Positions 35,850 through 40,977 of a stretch of 40,977 bases of DNA are shown here, in pieces; position 1 is the stretch's first letter, and every line of letters starts with the position of its first letter. Under the pieces are notes generated by a model. The model had not been told where the DNA came from. It made no database searches and worked only from the letters and a program-made list of their open reading frames with translations. The stretch lies in assembly GCF_001194135.2 (NCBI RefSeq), contig NC_068984.1, positions 147,208,010-147,248,986 on the forward strand, written 5' to 3'. The stretch comes from Octopus bimaculoides. Its lineage: Eukaryota. The translations under genes and the position numbers were made by a program.

Positions 35850-35943
<94 letters not shown>

Positions 35944-35951
35944 ATACGTAC

Positions 35952-36633
<682 letters not shown>

Positions 36634-37156
36634 ATATGTAAAAACCAAGTAGAATAGAGCGAGCAAGTCTCTTAATTTCTTTCATTTACAATTGTTCTTT
36701 CGAAAATCGATTTCATGAGAATTGCTCCAATATGCAAGATGCAACCATTGATCAATGAGCTGATTTGAAGATTGATAATTTTTTCAAAATCATGCATACA
36801 AGTTATTTGCTTATAACTTTTATGCATGTCTCTGAGCAATCGATCTTCGATTTTATATTTATGACATTTCATATGTCAGTGGTTGCATATGTCTCGATAC
36901 AGCAACACTCATGAGAGCAGTATTCGATGAAACAATTTTAAATCAATGAAATAAAATTGCTCGATCACTCCATTCTTCTTTGGTTATAACTGTAGAAACT
37001 ACATATTTTCGTGTATGCATGTGTGTGTATGTATGTATGTATGTATGTGTGTGTGTGTGTAAGTATGTATGTATGCATGCATGTATCTATGCATATAATC
37101 GCATACATTTTGTTTCTTGTCTTCTTGTTTGTAATAATAAATAACGTATATTTATG

Positions 37157-37280
<124 letters not shown>

Positions 37281-37281
37281 C

Positions 37282-37312
<31 letters not shown>

Positions 37313-37784
37313 GTTTCCATTTCCATTGAAAGATAAATAGCATCTCATATACACAATTTACGAAAGAGCTACAAATGGTTTCGTGCTTTAGAGATACAAT
37401 AAATTAGCAGATTTATATAACATGCCATGCGTCTCCCAACAATATTTCAGGCTAAGTTTATAACATTAGACCTATTTGAAATCCAGGTCGCTGGTCTATG
37501 AGAAAATCTGAAACAGGGAACGAGAAGAACATAAAAACAGGAAGACTTATGATGCAAAAAGTGGAACGAGAAGAAAGAAAAGCAAAGAAAACCAAGGCCT
37601 TGGTCCTGTAAAGCATGAAACTATTGGTAACCCCTTTGTAATTGTGTATATCAAATTGTATATGCGTGTGTGTGTGTGTGTGTGTGTGTACGTATACATA
37701 TATATACATACATATATATGTATACACACACATACATACACATACATATACATATATACATATATATATGTGTGTATATATATC

Positions 37785-37856
<72 letters not shown>

Positions 37857-37861
<5 letters not shown>

Positions 37862-38063
37862 TGAAGTCAAATACTTTACTTGTATGTTTGCAGCTGAGTG
37901 GAGCCGGTAAAGGCATTAAAATGTGCTAAATGGTCGCCTTTAATCGGGCAGATGATAGGCTTAATCCGTCGCCCGATTAAAGGCGACCATTTAGCACCTT
38001 TTAATGCCTTTACCGGCTCCATTCAGCTGCAAACATACAAGTAAAGTATTTGACTTCAAGATA
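37857..38063. mobile_element. Foldback element / MITE-like hairpin: 93-bp arms, 21-nt loop, TA-flanked
   Basis: 37857-37949 versus the reverse complement of 37971-38063: 91/93 identical (manual count). The palindrome is certain; the MITE label is inference. Confidence 0.75.
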
Positions 38064-38704
38064 CCTTTCTTTGTGGCCCCCACAAATCACAGAAGCCTTG
38101 CAAAGTGTCATGGCCATTGACGAAAGGGATAAAAATAATTACACCTACCATGTCTCCTGGCATAAAAGTGCTTGGCTTTTTGCCAGTCAAAGGAATCAAT
38201 TTTCTTGTAATATAATAAACAGCGATGCGTATAAAGTAGAAAAAGGTTCTTGCGTTTAAAACCGAAGCATTGTTAGAGAGCAATGAACTAGAATTTAACC
38301 GAAAATAGTGCCAACCTAAATAGAAACCTGGTCCGTAGAAGTCGCCAAGATGAAATACAGAAGATGGAAAGAAACTGGCTTGAAGTGTTACTACAGCAAA
38401 AGAAGATGTTCATGTATTTGATTCCGATTTCATGAACTCACTTTGCAAGTGAATTTTGCAAATGGAAAGAGCAAAACAAAATAAGACAAACGAAAGAAAA
38501 ACAAACGAAAGAAAAGTACCTACAAAGGTTTCGACCGCGAATCACTCATGTGAAAAAGAAATCACAGGCGAACACCAACAAATTAGCTGACGTAAGAGTT
38601 TCTAGTGTTGAAGAGGAGAGAAGATATGATAGGCGGATGGAAAAGATTAGAAATTGGATCAGTTAGAAAAACAAAGGGAAATGCTAAACACACCCACACA
38701 CGCA

Positions 38705-38759
<55 letters not shown>

Positions 38760-38996
38760 CAACATAAACAAAAGCAGGCAAAAAAAAGGAAAAAAATAAA
38801 TATCACACACACACACACACGCAAACACGAACATACACAGATTTATGTGTATATATATATGTTTGTGTGTGTGTGTGTGTGTGTGTGTTCGTGTGACAAC
38901 TCATTGGAAATATACACACGCCAGGGAAAATGTAATTTAAACACAAAATAATGGAAGTATACTTTATCTGTGAGTGTGTATATGTGTGTAAATCGA

Positions 38997-39036
<40 letters not shown>

Positions 39037-39328
39037 AGCCAGCCAGGCAGACAGGCAGTTAATAGTAATAAATTATAGACTCACTGTGGAAACATAACAA
39101 ATACGAGCAGCGTGTTTATAGTAAATGACAAACAAAACTCAACTACAACGACACCAGAATTGAAGAATATATAAAGAAAAGGATAACAGTGGAATATATA
39201 CACATCTATTGCTTTGTGAAGAGAAAATAACAACACTAAAACGCACAATAAAAGGAATCGAAAAAGTAATAATTAAAAATAGTTAATATAAAACAAAAAG
39301 CGAAGATGATACAGAAAAAGAGAAAAAG

Positions 39329-39393
39329 AAAATAAAAACATGCAAAGAAAATAAAAACATGCAAAGAAAATAAAAAACATGCAAAGAAAATAA
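39329..39393 (+). repeat. Minisatellite, about 3.3 x 19 bp (aaaataaaaacatgcaaag)
   Basis: Read directly; the third unit has one extra A. Confidence 0.9.
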
Positions 39394-39631
39394 GAAGAAC
39401 GAAAGAGTGATGATGAATTCTGAAGAAATCCCTGAAGGGTCATCAGGAACAAGTTGGAGAGAGAAATGAGATGATTAACACTTTTAAGTTGACGCAATAT
39501 TGGGTAGGTCCTCTGGGGTGGCGCGGAGGAGGGCGGTAAGGGAATTTAAAGTGCATTGCTTGTGTGCATGTGCGAGTGTATGCGTGTATATGCGAGTGTG
39601 TGTGTGTGTGTGTGTATGCGTGTATATGCGA

Positions 39632-39666
<35 letters not shown>

Positions 39667-40391
39667 GATGACGTCTTCTGTCCAAAGGTTTCTTCTTAAC
39701 CAATATTTACGCGTTATTATTTATAGCTTTATNNNNNNNNNNNNNNNNNNNNNNNNNNNNNNNNNNNNNNNNNNNNNNNNNNNNNNNNNNNNNNNNNNNN
39801 NNNNNNNNNNNNNNNNNNNNNNNNNNNNNNNNNNNNNNNNNNNNNNNNNNNNNNNNNNNNNNNNNNNNNNNNNNNNNTATATATTCATATGAATACATCC
39901 TCACACAACACTCACATACACACACTCACACACACATACGTATGTGTGATTGTATATGTATGTATATATATATATATATTTGATAAACTTGTAAGAAAAC
40001 GGACGAACAGCAGGCGTTTTACTTTATATTTCAATATTTCGAGTTTACGACCTCCTCTTCTGGACATAAGCAGGTGTGCAGTCTTGTATCAAGGCTATTG
40101 GGTCCTTATTCGCTTGTCATATTTTTAAGTTCAATATTTGAGTTTAGTAGCGAAATTTTGTTCTTCAGCAAAATGCTTCATTTCACCTGATTCTTTCCAC
40201 TCTGTTGAAAAATGAATAGCATCATACTGCTGCTGGGGGAAATTGCTTTGCTCTATTTTTTTTTCGGTTCGAACGATTCTACCAAACATAAACAAACCAA
40301 CACAAGTTATCATAGTACAAGTGGACAAAAACAAGCACAAAGACACAATACACACACATATATGCGATGGGATTCTCTCTGTTTCCGTCTA

Positions 40392-40505
40392 CCAACTCCA
40401 TTCGCAAGACTTTGATCGGCTTGAGGCTATAGAAGAAACTTGCCCAAGGTACATAAAGTAGGATCGAACCCAAAATCTTGTGATTAGGAAGAAAGCATAT
40501 CAACC
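40392..40505 (-). mobile_element. SINE family A head (partial)
   Basis: gactttgatcggcttgaggctatagaagaaacttgcccaaggtac..gatcgaacccaaaatc is a reversed head. Confidence 0.75.
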
Positions 40506-40927
40506 TCACATCTATTCCTGCAAAAAATTTTTTAATTAAATATAAAAAAATAAAATGGATTATATTATGTAACATGAATATGTCGGCACCGAAAACTGCA
40601 TCTCTGTGGTTTTGTGAAGTTAAATCCTGTTCCAGGAAATTACTGATTAACACGGAGATAATTTAAACGTCTCAACTGGGAAATAAATCCGTAACTGAAG
40701 ACTCGACTGAGCAAAAGAGCTTTACCAACCATTCATTCTTAGACGTTAGCATATTTATTTAATTTCCGCGTTAATCTAAACATTTAAACGTCTTGAAAAA
40801 TCACAGACGAAACCCTTCTGGAATGGTAAAAAACGAGTCTATTTACTCGGCTACTGAACACGCTCTCACTGAACAGCAGTAAGCAGTAGAGGATAGAACA
40901 CATACAACTGCATATATGTATATATAT

Positions 40928-40977
<50 letters not shown>

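Noticed and set aside
38092-38259. Possible phase-1 terminal exon ALQSVMAIDERDK..GSCV*
   Set aside because: Weak acceptor directly beside the foldback element; no recognisable motif.
39665-39700. ctgatgacgtc core
   Set aside because: No stem II or GAAA follows.
40212-40415. ORF starting MNSIILLLGEIALLYFFF
   Set aside because: Hydrophobicity comes from a T run and the ORF ends in SINE sequence.

Overview
Eukaryotic, AT-rich, very microsatellite-dense genomic DNA with 12 N-gaps, most flanked by dinucleotide repeats (short-read draft assembly). Repeat style and SINE content best fit an octopus (coleoid cephalopod) genome; this is inference. No complete protein-coding gene is supported, and almost all ORFs in the supplied track are microsatellite or N artefacts. 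The window is intronic or intergenic and filled with decayed transposable elements. These include an RTE/RTE-X LINE 5' part with a clear APE endonuclease (18.6-20.0 kb), a second RTE APE fragment (12.7-13.0 kb) and two CR1/Jockey-group 3' ends. There are three protein-level R4/Dong-type fragments, two of them stacked in an (AAT)n array, plus two mariner remnants, one internally deleted maT/Tc1-like element and many tRNA-derived SINE copies of at least four families. The most unusual signals are: (i) hammerhead-ribozyme-like motifs, including a near-complete type I fold at 16301-16386 (-) and one inside a TSD-flanked tRNA-headed SINE; (ii) two long near-perfect foldback palindromes (28.2-28.5 kb and 37.9-38.1 kb); and (iii) a few low-confidence candidate exons and microexons, including a possible split signal peptide at 31.7-32.0 kb. 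All alignments and translations were done by eye; no database search was run.
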